Positions 38,396 to 47,995 of a stretch of 64,000 nucleotides of DNA are shown here, piece after piece. Under the pieces are notes generated by a model. That model worked only from the letters and a program-made list of their open reading frames with translations. It had not been told where the DNA came from and did not search any database. Origin of the DNA: Spirochaetaceae bacterium (GTDB lineage Bacteria; Spirochaetota; Spirochaetia; CADAEX01); assembly GCA_009780675.1 (NCBI GenBank), contig WQZP01000012.1:3769-67768 (forward strand). Reading direction: 5' to 3'. Position numbers and translations under genes: made by a program. How positions within the stretch are numbered: position 1 is the first letter of the stretch; the number at the start of each line of letters is the position of its first letter.

Positions 38396-39264
38396 AGTGT
38401 ATTTTTCATAAGCATTGCAATAGTCATTGGGCCTACTCCGCCAGGCACTGGTGTAATAAACCCTGCAACTTTTGATGCTTCTTCAAAATCTACATCTCCC
38501 TTAAGAATCGCAACTGGCTTGCCTGTTTTTTCGCTTATTTTTTCCCCTACCCTGTTTACCCCTACATCTATTATGCAAGCCCCTTTTTTTATCCATTCTG
38601 TTTTTAAAACCCCAGGAGACCCTGCTGCTACAATAATTATATCTGCATTTTTACAGTAATACTCCATATCTTTTGTGCCTGTATGAAGAATAGTAACAGT
38701 TGCATTTACAGATTTTTTTATAAGCATATTTGCCAGAGGTTTTCCTACAATATTCGATCTTCCTATTATTACAGTATCAGTGCCATTTGTTTTTATGTTT
38801 GCTGCTTTTAAAAGCTCCAGAATACCAGCAGGTGTGCAGGGATAAAATCTTGCATCATCTTCACCAAGAACAATTTTACCAATATTGACAGGATGAAAGC
38901 AGTCAACATCTTTATCAGGATTTATGGCATAGATAACGCTTTTTTCGTTAATATGTTTTGGAATGGGAAGCTGAATAAGAATCCCGTGTATTGAATCATC
39001 ATTATTATATTTTTCTATTACAGAAAGCAACTCCTGTTGCGAAACATCTTCTTTAAGATTTTCCTGAACTTCTTTAAAACCAAGAGAATTAGCGGTTTTT
39101 ATTTTAAGATTTACATAGGAAACAGAAGCAGGATTACTGCCAACAAGAATTGTCACAAGGCCAGGAACTTTATTGTATTTTTTTTCTATTTCTATTGCTT
39201 CTGCCTTGATTTCCGCAAGGATTTTTTCTCTTACCTCATGGCCATTTATTATAGTTGCCGGCAT
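38362..39264 (-). CDS. folD: bifunctional methylene-THF dehydrogenase/methenyl-THF cyclohydrolase
   Basis: Full-length FolD-like sequence (YVNLKIKTANSLGF.., GRSNIVGKPLANML, PGGVGPMTIAMLM). Confidence 0.85.
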   Translation of the reverse strand: MPATIINGHEVREKILAEIKAEAIEIEKKYNKVPGLVTILVGSNPASVSYVNLKIKTANSLGFKEVQENLKEDVSQQELLSVIEKYNNDDSIHGILIQLPIPKHINEKSVIYAINPDKDVDCFHPVNIGKIVLGEDDARFYPCTPAGILELLKAANIKTNGTDTVIIGRSNIVGKPLANMLIKKSVNATVTILHTGTKDMEYYCKNADIIIVAAGSPGVLKTEWIKKGACIIDVGVNRVGEKISEKTGKPVAILKGDVDFEEASKVAGFITPVPGGVGPMTIAMLMKNTLYSLKYKLGLL

Positions 39265-39297
39265 AAAAACTCCTTCTTTTGATCCATTTTATCAGTA

Positions 39298-40152
39298 TCA
39301 GATTATTCCATTAAGCTCATCAATAATTTCTTTTTTCATTGTAAACGAATGTTTTTCTTCAGGGAAATTCCCTTCTTTTACATCTTTTACATATTCTTCA
39401 ATAGCTTTTTCTATAATATCATAAACATTTGCATAAACTTTCACAAATTTTGGAGTAAACCTTTTGTAGAGCCCCACCATATCATGAAAAACAAGGACCT
39501 GCCCATCACAGGATATTCCGCCACCAATACCTATCGTCGGTATTGAAAGTTTTTTCGTTATAATAGCTGCAAGAGCAGCAGGCACTGCTTCAACCACAAC
39601 CATAAATGCTCCGGCTTCCTGAACAGCTATTGCATCATCTATCAGTTTTTTTGCTGCATCCAATGTTTTGCCCTGCACTTTTAGCCCCCCAAGCAAAGCA
39701 GATGTTTGGGGAGTAAGCCCGATATGAGCGCAAACAGGAATTCCTGCTTTACAGATAGAGTTGATTATTCCTGCGTACTCTGCACCACCTTCGATTTTAA
39801 CAGAATCAGCAAGACCTTTTTGATAAAAAGCTCCGGCATTTTCTATAGCTTTTTCTGTAGAAACACTAAAACTCAAAAAAGGCATATCTGCAGCAACATG
39901 GATATTTGGAGACCCTCTCCTGACAGCCTTCAAGTGTATCATCATATCTTCCATTGTCACAGGAATAGTGCTGTCATACCCAAGTTCCACCATTCCCAGC
40001 GAATCCCCCACAAGAATTATATCCACCCCTGCTTCCTGCGCAGCCATTGCCTGATAATATGTGTAAGCAGTAACCATTGCTATTTTTTTCCCTTCCTGCT
40101 TCATCTCCAGGTAGTTATCTGGCAGAAGCTTTTTTTTATCAATACCTTTCAC
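39298..40152 (-). CDS. panB: 3-methyl-2-oxobutanoate hydroxymethyltransferase
   Basis: KKIAMVTAYTYYQAMAAQEAGVDIILVGDSLGMV is the PanB signature. Confidence 0.85.
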   Translation of the reverse strand: MKGIDKKKLLPDNYLEMKQEGKKIAMVTAYTYYQAMAAQEAGVDIILVGDSLGMVELGYDSTIPVTMEDMMIHLKAVRRGSPNIHVAADMPFLSFSVSTEKAIENAGAFYQKGLADSVKIEGGAEYAGIINSICKAGIPVCAHIGLTPQTSALLGGLKVQGKTLDAAKKLIDDAIAVQEAGAFMVVVEAVPAALAAIITKKLSIPTIGIGGGISCDGQVLVFHDMVGLYKRFTPKFVKVYANVYDIIEKAIEEYVKDVKEGNFPEEKHSFTMKKEIIDELNGII

Positions 40153-40179
40153 GTCCCAATCCTCTCAAATATATACTTG

Positions 40180-41445
40180 CTATTTTTTGTCAATTTCTTT
40201 TGCAAGAACACTTATAATTTTTTTTGCTACATTTTCCTTCAGATCCATTGCTATTTTTTCTGTATATCCGTTATTTGTAATAACAAACATTTCATTGGTA
40301 TCAGACTCAAAGCCCACCCCTTTTTTGGAAACATCATTTACCGCAACCATATCTGCTGCTGCTTTTTCCATTCTCTTCTTTGCATCTTCCAATAAACCTG
40401 CTTCCGGCAAATCATGCTGAGCCCGAAACACAAGAAGAAAAATCAAAGGGTATTTTGCCTTAATGCTGTCAATGATTTTAGGAGTTGGCTTTAAACGTAT
40501 AACAAGAGAATCTTTTTCATGCGTAGATATTTTTTCTGTTGATTTTTCTTCTGCCTGCCAGTCGCCAACTGCTGCTGCTGCTGCAAATATATCATAGTGG
40601 CTGCTCTCCAGTTCTTTGTGAACAGCGTCATACATTTCCTGACCAGTATCTGTATATATAACTTTTATTTTTTTCGATGGAGTTACAGAGATTTTCCCTG
40701 CAATCAAAGTAACATCTGCTCCAGCTTCTGCTGCTTTTTCCGCAAGCGCCACACCCATTTTGCCGGATGAATTATTCGTTACAACTCTTATGGGGTCAAT
40801 ATACTCAACTGTTCTCCCTGCAGTAACAATCATTTTTTTCCCTTCAAGCAGCTTTTTCCCGGAAGCAGGAGAAAGAAGTTCCAGAACCTTTTCGTATATC
40901 TCATTGTTTTCGGGTATTTTTGCTTTCCCTTCTTCTACGCGGGGCTGCATAACAGTAATACCATAAGAAATAAGTTTATCGATATTCTCCTTTACAAAAG
41001 GGTGTCTATACATGGGCTCGTGCATTGCAGGAACAACAAGAAGGGGAATTTTTTCTCCAATCGCAGTTGTTGCAAAAGTTGTAACAGAAGTATCATCTAC
41101 TCCTGTTGCGATTTTGCCTATAGTATTTGCTGTACACGGCGCAATAATTATAAGATCTGCTTTTGTTTTTGTATTTCCCGCAAGCGCCACATGTTCGACA
41201 TTGCCAGTTAATTCTATAATGGGATAACGTCCGGTTGCCCAGTGCATAAGGTCAGGATGGATAATGTTGCACGCTGCTTTACTCATTACCGGAAAAACAT
41301 CTGCGCCGTGCCGCATAAGAAGCCTTGCAAGGTCAGAAGATTTTACAGCAGCAACACTTCCGGTAATACATAGTACAATTTTTTTTTCACCCAGCTTGCT
41401 GTCTAAACTGTTTTTAATATCAAATGAGGGATGTTTTTCTTCCAT
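40180..41445 (-). CDS. coaBC: bifunctional phosphopantothenoylcysteine decarboxylase/synthetase
   Basis: N-terminal flavoprotein domain (KKIVLCITGSVAAVK). C-terminal CoaB domain (VTAGRTVEYIDPIRVVTNNSSGKMG). Confidence 0.85.
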   Translation of the reverse strand: MEEKHPSFDIKNSLDSKLGEKKIVLCITGSVAAVKSSDLARLLMRHGADVFPVMSKAACNIIHPDLMHWATGRYPIIELTGNVEHVALAGNTKTKADLIIIAPCTANTIGKIATGVDDTSVTTFATTAIGEKIPLLVVPAMHEPMYRHPFVKENIDKLISYGITVMQPRVEEGKAKIPENNEIYEKVLELLSPASGKKLLEGKKMIVTAGRTVEYIDPIRVVTNNSSGKMGVALAEKAAEAGADVTLIAGKISVTPSKKIKVIYTDTGQEMYDAVHKELESSHYDIFAAAAAVGDWQAEEKSTEKISTHEKDSLVIRLKPTPKIIDSIKAKYPLIFLLVFRAQHDLPEAGLLEDAKKRMEKAAADMVAVNDVSKKGVGFESDTNEMFVITNNGYTEKIAMDLKENVAKKIISVLAKEIDKK

Positions 41446-41448
41446 AAA

Positions 41449-42246
41449 TCAAACTCCGCTTTCTGTTGAGAGTTTTAAAAGCCTCTCTGACATAAACACA
41501 AGAGAATCTTTTAACACTTTTTTATTATCATAAGAATCATATATTGATTTTAGTTCTTCTTTTTTTTTCTTTTTATAACTTTTAATTTTCGCTGTAAGAA
41601 GAGGAAGGACTCTTGTAATATTATCGATTATTGAAACATGGGCTTTCCTGGGAGTTCTGGAAAGAGGATTAAGGTCAACAGTAACTACTTTTTTCCCAAT
41701 TTTTACAAGAGCTTCTGTTCTGTCTCCATCTTCAAGAGGGACAAAAACCATATCTGCTTTTAAAATTCCATTGGGGTCAACGATTCTTCTGTCACTGGCA
41801 AGCTCTTTGATTACACTGCTGTTTCCGCTTACGCCAAGCACTGTTTTGGCTCCTGCTTCTTTAAGCACTTTAAGTATTGCCTCTTCTCTTCCCGGGGTCC
41901 TATAAAAAAGATTTATCTCAAGAGGCGCGCCAGATTCTTTGGAAAGTTTCACAAGGTCTTTTGCTGCAATTTGTGCGATATTGCCGTTAACAGAAATAAC
42001 AGGATATTCTGCGAGAAGAAAAGCGCAGGCAGCAGCCTCTATTGCGGCAAGTGAAAACTTTTCTGTTTTTTCCCCTATAATATAATCAAAAGCTTCGCCC
42101 CTTCCCTGCGCAATAAGCCCTGCAGGCGCGACAACTTTGGTCTCACAACCTTTGATAATGCTTTCCCGTATCATCATTGCCGTGTAACGGGGGTGGTCTT
42201 TGGGGATATTGGGCCCGGTTGTTGTCTTATTAATCTTCGCTGACAA
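41449..42246 (-). CDS. archaeal-type 4-phosphopantoate:beta-alanine ligase (phosphopantothenate synthetase)-like
   Basis: About 265 aa. HPRYTAMMIRESIIKG...AQGRGEAFDY. Operon context with a pantoate-kinase-like gene, panB, coaBC and panE. Confidence 0.45.
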   Translation of the reverse strand: MSAKINKTTTGPNIPKDHPRYTAMMIRESIIKGCETKVVAPAGLIAQGRGEAFDYIIGEKTEKFSLAAIEAAACAFLLAEYPVISVNGNIAQIAAKDLVKLSKESGAPLEINLFYRTPGREEAILKVLKEAGAKTVLGVSGNSSVIKELASDRRIVDPNGILKADMVFVPLEDGDRTEALVKIGKKVVTVDLNPLSRTPRKAHVSIIDNITRVLPLLTAKIKSYKKKKKEELKSIYDSYDNKKVLKDSLVFMSERLLKLSTESGV

Positions 42247-43162
42247 TGTTAACCCCTCCTCTCGCGATATTGGAAAAAAACAGAAAAGGTTTTCTGTCTG
42301 ATTTTATTTCAGAAATATTTTTTTCCGCGATTTTCCTTATTCTTTCAATATCAGTTTTAGGGACAATTGAAAATGTCCCTTCGCCAAACATAAGCATACT
42401 GCTGTTTATCCCTTTTTTATCAAACCCATCCATAACCATTCTGACGCTTTGAGGAATCATTTCAGTACTTTCCGCAAACTCACGGGAATATTTTATAAAG
42501 TTTTCAAAGCTGGGTTCTTTTTTTATAAGCGAATGATATTTTTTGCCACTGATGGTTATTTTTTCACGAAGTAATGGGTCTGATAACGCTTCTTTTGTTG
42601 ATAGCGGGCCATATACAGCAAACATTGCATACAGTCCATCAGGATATGGTATTGAAATAGTTGCCCCAATTCCAGGCGCGCCTGGTTTTATCAATATTTT
42701 TACCCCTCCAAGAGTCTCCCCCATAACAGTACCAAGCCCTGTTTTGCAGATCACCTCTGCGCAATGGGCAACCTGCGAAGCTTGAAGCGCGCTTATAGGG
42801 TCGCCATACAGTCTGTTAAGCGCAAACACAAGACTTAGAGCTCCTGACCCGCTTGATCCAAAGCCTGACCCCTGAGGTGTTTCTATTTTATGCTCTATTT
42901 TGAGGGATTCTGGAATAATTCCTGTTTTTTCAAAAAAAAGCTCTATTATTTTTCTGCTGACAGGCGCTGTTTTTTTTATGGAATTTATTGCAATTAGATG
43001 GTCTTTTGAACTCTTATTCCTGCCTACAGTTGTAGATGTCCCTTTTATTATTGAAAAACCAGAACCCAGGGACCCGCAGTACAATGGGTCTGTTTCCAAA
43101 TCTTTCATATAAAAGAGTCCTGTAATATGTCCCGGAGAAAAAGCTGTTACCCTTTTCATCAA
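42230..43162 (-). CDS. GHMP-kinase family protein, archaeal-type pantoate kinase-like
   Basis: AFSPGHITGLF N-terminus. PQGSGFGSSGSGALS GHMP phosphate-binding loop. About 310 aa. Confidence 0.5.
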   Translation of the reverse strand: MMKRVTAFSPGHITGLFYMKDLETDPLYCGSLGSGFSIIKGTSTTVGRNKSSKDHLIAINSIKKTAPVSRKIIELFFEKTGIIPESLKIEHKIETPQGSGFGSSGSGALSLVFALNRLYGDPISALQASQVAHCAEVICKTGLGTVMGETLGGVKILIKPGAPGIGATISIPYPDGLYAMFAVYGPLSTKEALSDPLLREKITISGKKYHSLIKKEPSFENFIKYSREFAESTEMIPQSVRMVMDGFDKKGINSSMLMFGEGTFSIVPKTDIERIRKIAEKNISEIKSDRKPFLFFSNIARGGVNIVSED

Positions 43163-43245
43163 GTAGAGTATCTATTAAATCTGCCATTTATTCAACATAA
43201 AATGATTTAGGAGACAATTTCTTTTAAATCTGATACATTATAAAA

Positions 43246-44208
43246 ATGAATATTGCAATAATTGGAGCAGGGGCAACTGGTTCGCTTTTTGGAAGTTATC
43301 TTAGCCATGCTGGATATAATGTTATAATTACAAATTCCAGTGAAACAAAAACAAATGTTATTGCAGATAAAGGGATAAAGGTTTTATCCCCATCTGGAGA
43401 GGAAATCCTGCACACTTTTCTTTACGAAGCGCTCCCTGTCTCAAAACTGGGATCAAGCGAAAAGTTTAAGAATTGCCAGTACTATATATTTTGCGTAAAA
43501 TCATTTTCAACTGCCAGCGCAGCTGAATCTATCTATAAATTTGTCAAACCAGACTCTATTGTTGTAACACTCCAGAATGGAGCTGGAAATATCGAAAATC
43601 TCTCTGCTTTTTTTAAATTGGACAATATTGCAGCAGGCACAACAACAGAAGGGGCTACGCTACTTGAACCAGGAATTGTTATACATGGGGGAAAAGGCAA
43701 AACAACTATTGGGATGGTTGGGAATAATAAAGAAAAAAGCCAACTTGAGCCTTTAATTACAGCTTTTGAAAAAGCAGGGTTTAATACTTCCTATACAGAT
43801 GATCCAAAAAAAATAATATGGGAAAAACTTGCGATAAATGCGGCCATAAATCCAATAACAGCTATTTTAAAAGCAAGTAACGGAATTATTGTTGAAAATG
43901 AATACTTAAAAAATCTTGTAAAAATAATTACAGAAGAGGTTTGCCTGACTGCATCTGCATCCGCGCCAGCAGGGAGTGATAACATAAAACTTGATCCAGA
44001 TGAAACATATAACAAAGTTCTTGAAGTCGCAAAAAACACAAAAGCAAACAAATCTTCGATGCTCCAGGATATATTGGCTGGCAAGAAAACAGAAATTGAA
44101 AATATTTCAGGATTTATTTCCAAAACCGCAGAAGATAATGGGATAAGCGCAAAAGGGAATCATGCTCTCTTTCTTCTTGTAAAGGCCCTTGAAAATAAAA
44201 CTATATAA
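43246..44208 (+). CDS. panE: 2-dehydropantoate 2-reductase
   Basis: MNIAIIGAGATGSLFG Rossmann motif. ApbA/PanE-like length and C-terminal domain. Confidence 0.7.
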   Translation: MNIAIIGAGATGSLFGSYLSHAGYNVIITNSSETKTNVIADKGIKVLSPSGEEILHTFLYEALPVSKLGSSEKFKNCQYYIFCVKSFSTASAAESIYKFVKPDSIVVTLQNGAGNIENLSAFFKLDNIAAGTTTEGATLLEPGIVIHGGKGKTTIGMVGNNKEKSQLEPLITAFEKAGFNTSYTDDPKKIIWEKLAINAAINPITAILKASNGIIVENEYLKNLVKIITEEVCLTASASAPAGSDNIKLDPDETYNKVLEVAKNTKANKSSMLQDILAGKKTEIENISGFISKTAEDNGISAKGNHALFLLVKALENKTI

Positions 44209-44251
44209 AAAGCCCCTTTAAACATAATGTTTTTATTGGTATTATTATTCC

Positions 44252-44815
44252 ATGAACAAAGAAAAAGTAATCAATCTTGTGAAAGAACTTATAATTGAAC
44301 TGGGAGAAGACCCTCAAAGAGAAGGGCTGTTAAAAACCCCTGAAAGATTTGCAGATGCTTTCTCTTTTTTCACAAAAGGTTATAAAGAAAATATTGAAGA
44401 TGTTGTTAACGGAGCAATATTCGCATCAGAAGCCAACAACATGATAATCCTTAGAGATATAGAAGTATATAGCTTATGCGAACACCACCTTCTCCCTTTT
44501 TACGGGAAATGCCACATAGGGTACATAGCAGGTAAACAGGTAATAGGATTAAGCAAAGTTGCGCGGATCGTTGAAATGTACGCAAGAAGATTTCAAATCC
44601 AGGAAAGACTTACATCACAAATCGCACAAGCCATAAAAAGTTGCGTAAAAGCAGAAGGTGTTGGCGTTGTTATGGAATGTAGACATCTATGTATGATGAT
44701 GAGGGGTGTAGAAAAACAAAACTCTTTAATGACAACATCTTCTGTACTTGGCTGTTTTCACAACCTTGCAACCAGAGAAGAATTTATGAGCCTTATAGGC
44801 CGGCAACCTTCATAA
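44252..44815 (+). CDS. folE: GTP cyclohydrolase I
   Basis: [20 protein letters not shown] is the FolE active-site region. Confidence 0.85.
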   Translation: MNKEKVINLVKELIIELGEDPQREGLLKTPERFADAFSFFTKGYKENIEDVVNGAIFASEANNMIILRDIEVYSLCEHHLLPFYGKCHIGYIAGKQVIGLSKVARIVEMYARRFQIQERLTSQIAQAIKSCVKAEGVGVVMECRHLCMMMRGVEKQNSLMTTSSVLGCFHNLATREEFMSLIGRQPS

Positions 44816-44835
44816 AATTGGTATACTTGCCAACT

Positions 44836-46425
44836 TCAATTCGCAAATATAATTTTCATTAAATTCAAAAACACATATATTTTTTTATAAATTGATTTAA
44901 TATCTTCGACTATATCGCCTTCACCATTTTCATAAGCTGATTTTACAACTGTAGGGTTTATAATTATATTCATAGGAGGCTTTTCAACAAATTCCGGAAG
45001 AATATCTGCCAATGCTTGCCCAATTTTTGTCAGGTTTTTATAAATATCCTGCGCGCTAAGCACAAAAGCACTGTTTACATCATGAAGAAGTTTTTTTATT
45101 TCTACTTTACATTTTGGGTCAGAAGCCATTCTTTTCATATATGAATTGATTTTACCGCCAACATCTCCATCTGATCCCAACGAGTTATCAAGTTGTATGA
45201 TTTTATCTGACAAAGAGACCAAAGCCTCAAGCGTATCGGAAATTTCCTTACTGGATGCATTTGTCTTCCATTCAGCCTTAACAATAAGGTAATTAACAAT
45301 CTTCATAACGTCTTTTTTTACATAATCAAGCATAAATGTTTTTACATAATTAATAGCTTCAACATGAAGATAGCCGCCAAGAAGCTTTTGCTTAAAAATA
45401 CCATTATTTGCTTCTGTATAATTTTTCATTCTGTTTGCAAGCGCTGTCTCTCCAAAGACCTGTTTAAGCACTTCATCTTTTTTTGAGTTTTTCTTTTCCA
45501 TAGCTACTTTTTGAATAACCATTTCAACAGAAGTTTTAAGCTTTGAAATATACTCATCAAAAATACTTTCTTTGGGCTCTTCAATGCGCACAACATAGGA
45601 AGGATTTTTTAAAACCAGTTTTATCATGTATTTAAAAACTTCTGAATTAGCAACATTATTCACATATCTCATAAGTTTAGACCAGTCGTCCCTCGATAAA
45701 ACATCTTGTTGTTTAAAAGCTTTTAAAACATCAAATACCCCATTCCATGAACTATAACTTAGCAACAAGGGAAACATTGAAGCCATTTCAATCAAATCAT
45801 CAGTTATATATTCACAATTAATAGATTTAAATAATGGCTTATATTTAAAATCCATTTCCGGCAACAAAGAATCAAATTTTTTCAAAAGAAAATAATAATC
45901 AAATTTGAGCAATCTTACAAATATAAGGTACTGTTTATAAATTCCATTCGCATTTGCCATTTGCTCATTACTAATTGACTGTATAAGGGCTGCCAGTTCT
46001 TTTTTAATATTTTCAAGCTCTTCGCTACTCTCACTAAGCCGCTTTTCTAAATTTTCCTTCTGCAACTGCCCTATAAGCTCTTTTTGTTGGTCAGATAAAA
46101 CACTATCTATAAAAAGAGACTTTAGTGATGGTATATTTTCCTGTCCAGCCAGGAATTTTGCAGGAACAGCAGTTACGGCATAAATTTGATGATAGAATTT
46201 CGCAAGAGCAGGAAGCGCTTCTTCTGTTTTAACATTTATAAATTTATATCTCTGTTTTTTTAATATTTTGCCAATATCTTTTAAAAGTTGCTTCTTTTTT
46301 CCCTCAGGACTATTATCTTTGAATAAATTTAGAATTCTTTGAACTATTGATAAATTTTCTTCTGAAATTTCTTTATCAGAATCAATTTGTCTTGGATTTT
46401 TATTATTCAACTTTTTTTCAGCCAT
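44836..46425 (-). CDS. hypothetical cytoplasmic all-alpha protein (529 aa)
   Basis: Long ORF. No TM segment and no recognisable motif. Confidence 0.35.
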   Translation of the reverse strand: MAEKKLNNKNPRQIDSDKEISEENLSIVQRILNLFKDNSPEGKKKQLLKDIGKILKKQRYKFINVKTEEALPALAKFYHQIYAVTAVPAKFLAGQENIPSLKSLFIDSVLSDQQKELIGQLQKENLEKRLSESSEELENIKKELAALIQSISNEQMANANGIYKQYLIFVRLLKFDYYFLLKKFDSLLPEMDFKYKPLFKSINCEYITDDLIEMASMFPLLLSYSSWNGVFDVLKAFKQQDVLSRDDWSKLMRYVNNVANSEVFKYMIKLVLKNPSYVVRIEEPKESIFDEYISKLKTSVEMVIQKVAMEKKNSKKDEVLKQVFGETALANRMKNYTEANNGIFKQKLLGGYLHVEAINYVKTFMLDYVKKDVMKIVNYLIVKAEWKTNASSKEISDTLEALVSLSDKIIQLDNSLGSDGDVGGKINSYMKRMASDPKCKVEIKKLLHDVNSAFVLSAQDIYKNLTKIGQALADILPEFVEKPPMNIIINPTVVKSAYENGEGDIVEDIKSIYKKIYVFLNLMKIIFAN

Positions 46426-46543
46426 AATGTAATAATAGGCTCAATAAGTGTTTTTTTCAAGGTCATTATTCTTTAAGTATGCTATTTTTTGAATACTTTT
46501 TTTTAGATATTTTGAATAACTGTTGTCTCTATGAATAAACGCA

Positions 46544-47818
46544 TTGACATTATATCTCTTGTACCATAAATTTTCATATATGTTTTTACACAGAATTATT
46601 ATTATTTTAATTGCTATTATTGTTGTCATATTTTCGGCACTTTTTTTTATAAATAGATTTGGCACCAACAACCATAAAATAGTGTTATGGACAGATATTC
46701 CTGAATTTATATCTTATATCGAAATGTTTAACTCTAAACATGACAATTTAAAAATAGAACCTGTTTTTCAAAGAGATCCTGCAAGAGCATTAATAAGGGC
46801 AAGAAGGCATCCTGATATTATTATAGGCAGTTATTTAAATTCACCTCAAGTTATCGATAACTTTAGAAGAGTCAATCATCTTTTCAGGCAAAAAATAAAT
46901 AGAAACTCTTTTTATAGCGAATTGCTTTCAAGAGGAGCAAGAGGGAGAAACCAGCTGGTTTTGCCTGTTTCATTTAATATGCCTGCTTTAATGTTCCTAC
47001 GGGAAAACAATATAACCAACTTTGTGCTTACAAATGAAAATATTATTGAAATGAGCAGAGCATTCAACGCGGGCAGAAGAGGTGATATTTCTGCTTTTTC
47101 TCCCAGATGGAACAGCGATATGCTTTTTTACAATGCTGTTATGAATAATGCTAATTTTAGGGCAAACGAAGCCTTGGGTATTTCATATAATATTGACAGG
47201 ATCGAAGAATCACTAAGAGCAGTAAGAACATTTATTAATGAGATAAATGGGGGTATTGAAAGAGATATCCGTTTTGAAGAAAAACATTTATTCAAGCCAC
47301 CAGAAATACTTATAAATGAGCAGAGAATATTTTTTGCATATACAACCCTTAGAGATTTTTATGCAATAAGACAAGAGCAGAGGGAAAGGCTTAATTTTCG
47401 CTGGATTGGAAAAGATAACATGATACCAGTGTGTGATGACATAATATTTGCAGGGATACCAAAAACAGCTTCAAATAGAAAAGGGGCAGAAGTATTTTTA
47501 GCATGGCTTTTTGATTTTCATACACAGGAAAAAATAATGGAAATAGAGCAAAGTAGAAGAGTAAGGACTTTTGGAATAGGCAATGGATTTTCCTCTTTGA
47601 GGGCAGTTAATGAGCAGATTTTTCCAAGGCATTATCCCCGCTTGGTAGGGCACATACCCCCTGCAAATATGCTTGCTTTCCCGCAACCTTTACCTGTAGA
47701 GTGGGAGCCGCTTAAAAATAGTGTTATAAAAAGATGGCTATACAGAGAAGCAGGTAACCCCAGAACAACTTCGGACCTTGAGGCTGCAATAGATAACTGG
47801 TATAGATTTAACCCTTAA
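46544..47818 (+). CDS. membrane-anchored solute-binding-protein-like protein
   Basis: N-terminal TM. IVLWTD... and IPKTASNRKGAEVFLAWLFDF resemble ABC substrate-binding family 1. Confidence 0.3.
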   Translation: MTLYLLYHKFSYMFLHRIIIILIAIIVVIFSALFFINRFGTNNHKIVLWTDIPEFISYIEMFNSKHDNLKIEPVFQRDPARALIRARRHPDIIIGSYLNSPQVIDNFRRVNHLFRQKINRNSFYSELLSRGARGRNQLVLPVSFNMPALMFLRENNITNFVLTNENIIEMSRAFNAGRRGDISAFSPRWNSDMLFYNAVMNNANFRANEALGISYNIDRIEESLRAVRTFINEINGGIERDIRFEEKHLFKPPEILINEQRIFFAYTTLRDFYAIRQEQRERLNFRWIGKDNMIPVCDDIIFAGIPKTASNRKGAEVFLAWLFDFHTQEKIMEIEQSRRVRTFGIGNGFSSLRAVNEQIFPRHYPRLVGHIPPANMLAFPQPLPVEWEPLKNSVIKRWLYREAGNPRTTSDLEAAIDNWYRFNP

Positions 47819-47820
47819 TT

Positions 47821-47995
47821 TTACTGCAACAGGGACGTTGCGCCCCGTGTCGCTACCCCGCGCTTTATTGCTTGACAGCGTCCCCTATGGACGCTGTCCG
47901 CCGACGCGCGCAAGGAAAGCTGCGCTTGACGTCCGTGTCGCGGCGCGGGATGCGACATCCATGTCGCTAATTTTCTTAAAGAGCCAGGTGGTTTC
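47821..47995. other. GC-rich palindromic island between convergent genes (probable bidirectional terminator or structured RNA)
   Basis: Perfect hairpins GACAGCGTCC-cctat-GGACGCTGTC (47876-47900) and GCGACAT-cc-ATGTCGC. Direct repeat ccgtgtcgc (x2). About 70% GC in an AT-rich genome. Confidence 0.6.
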
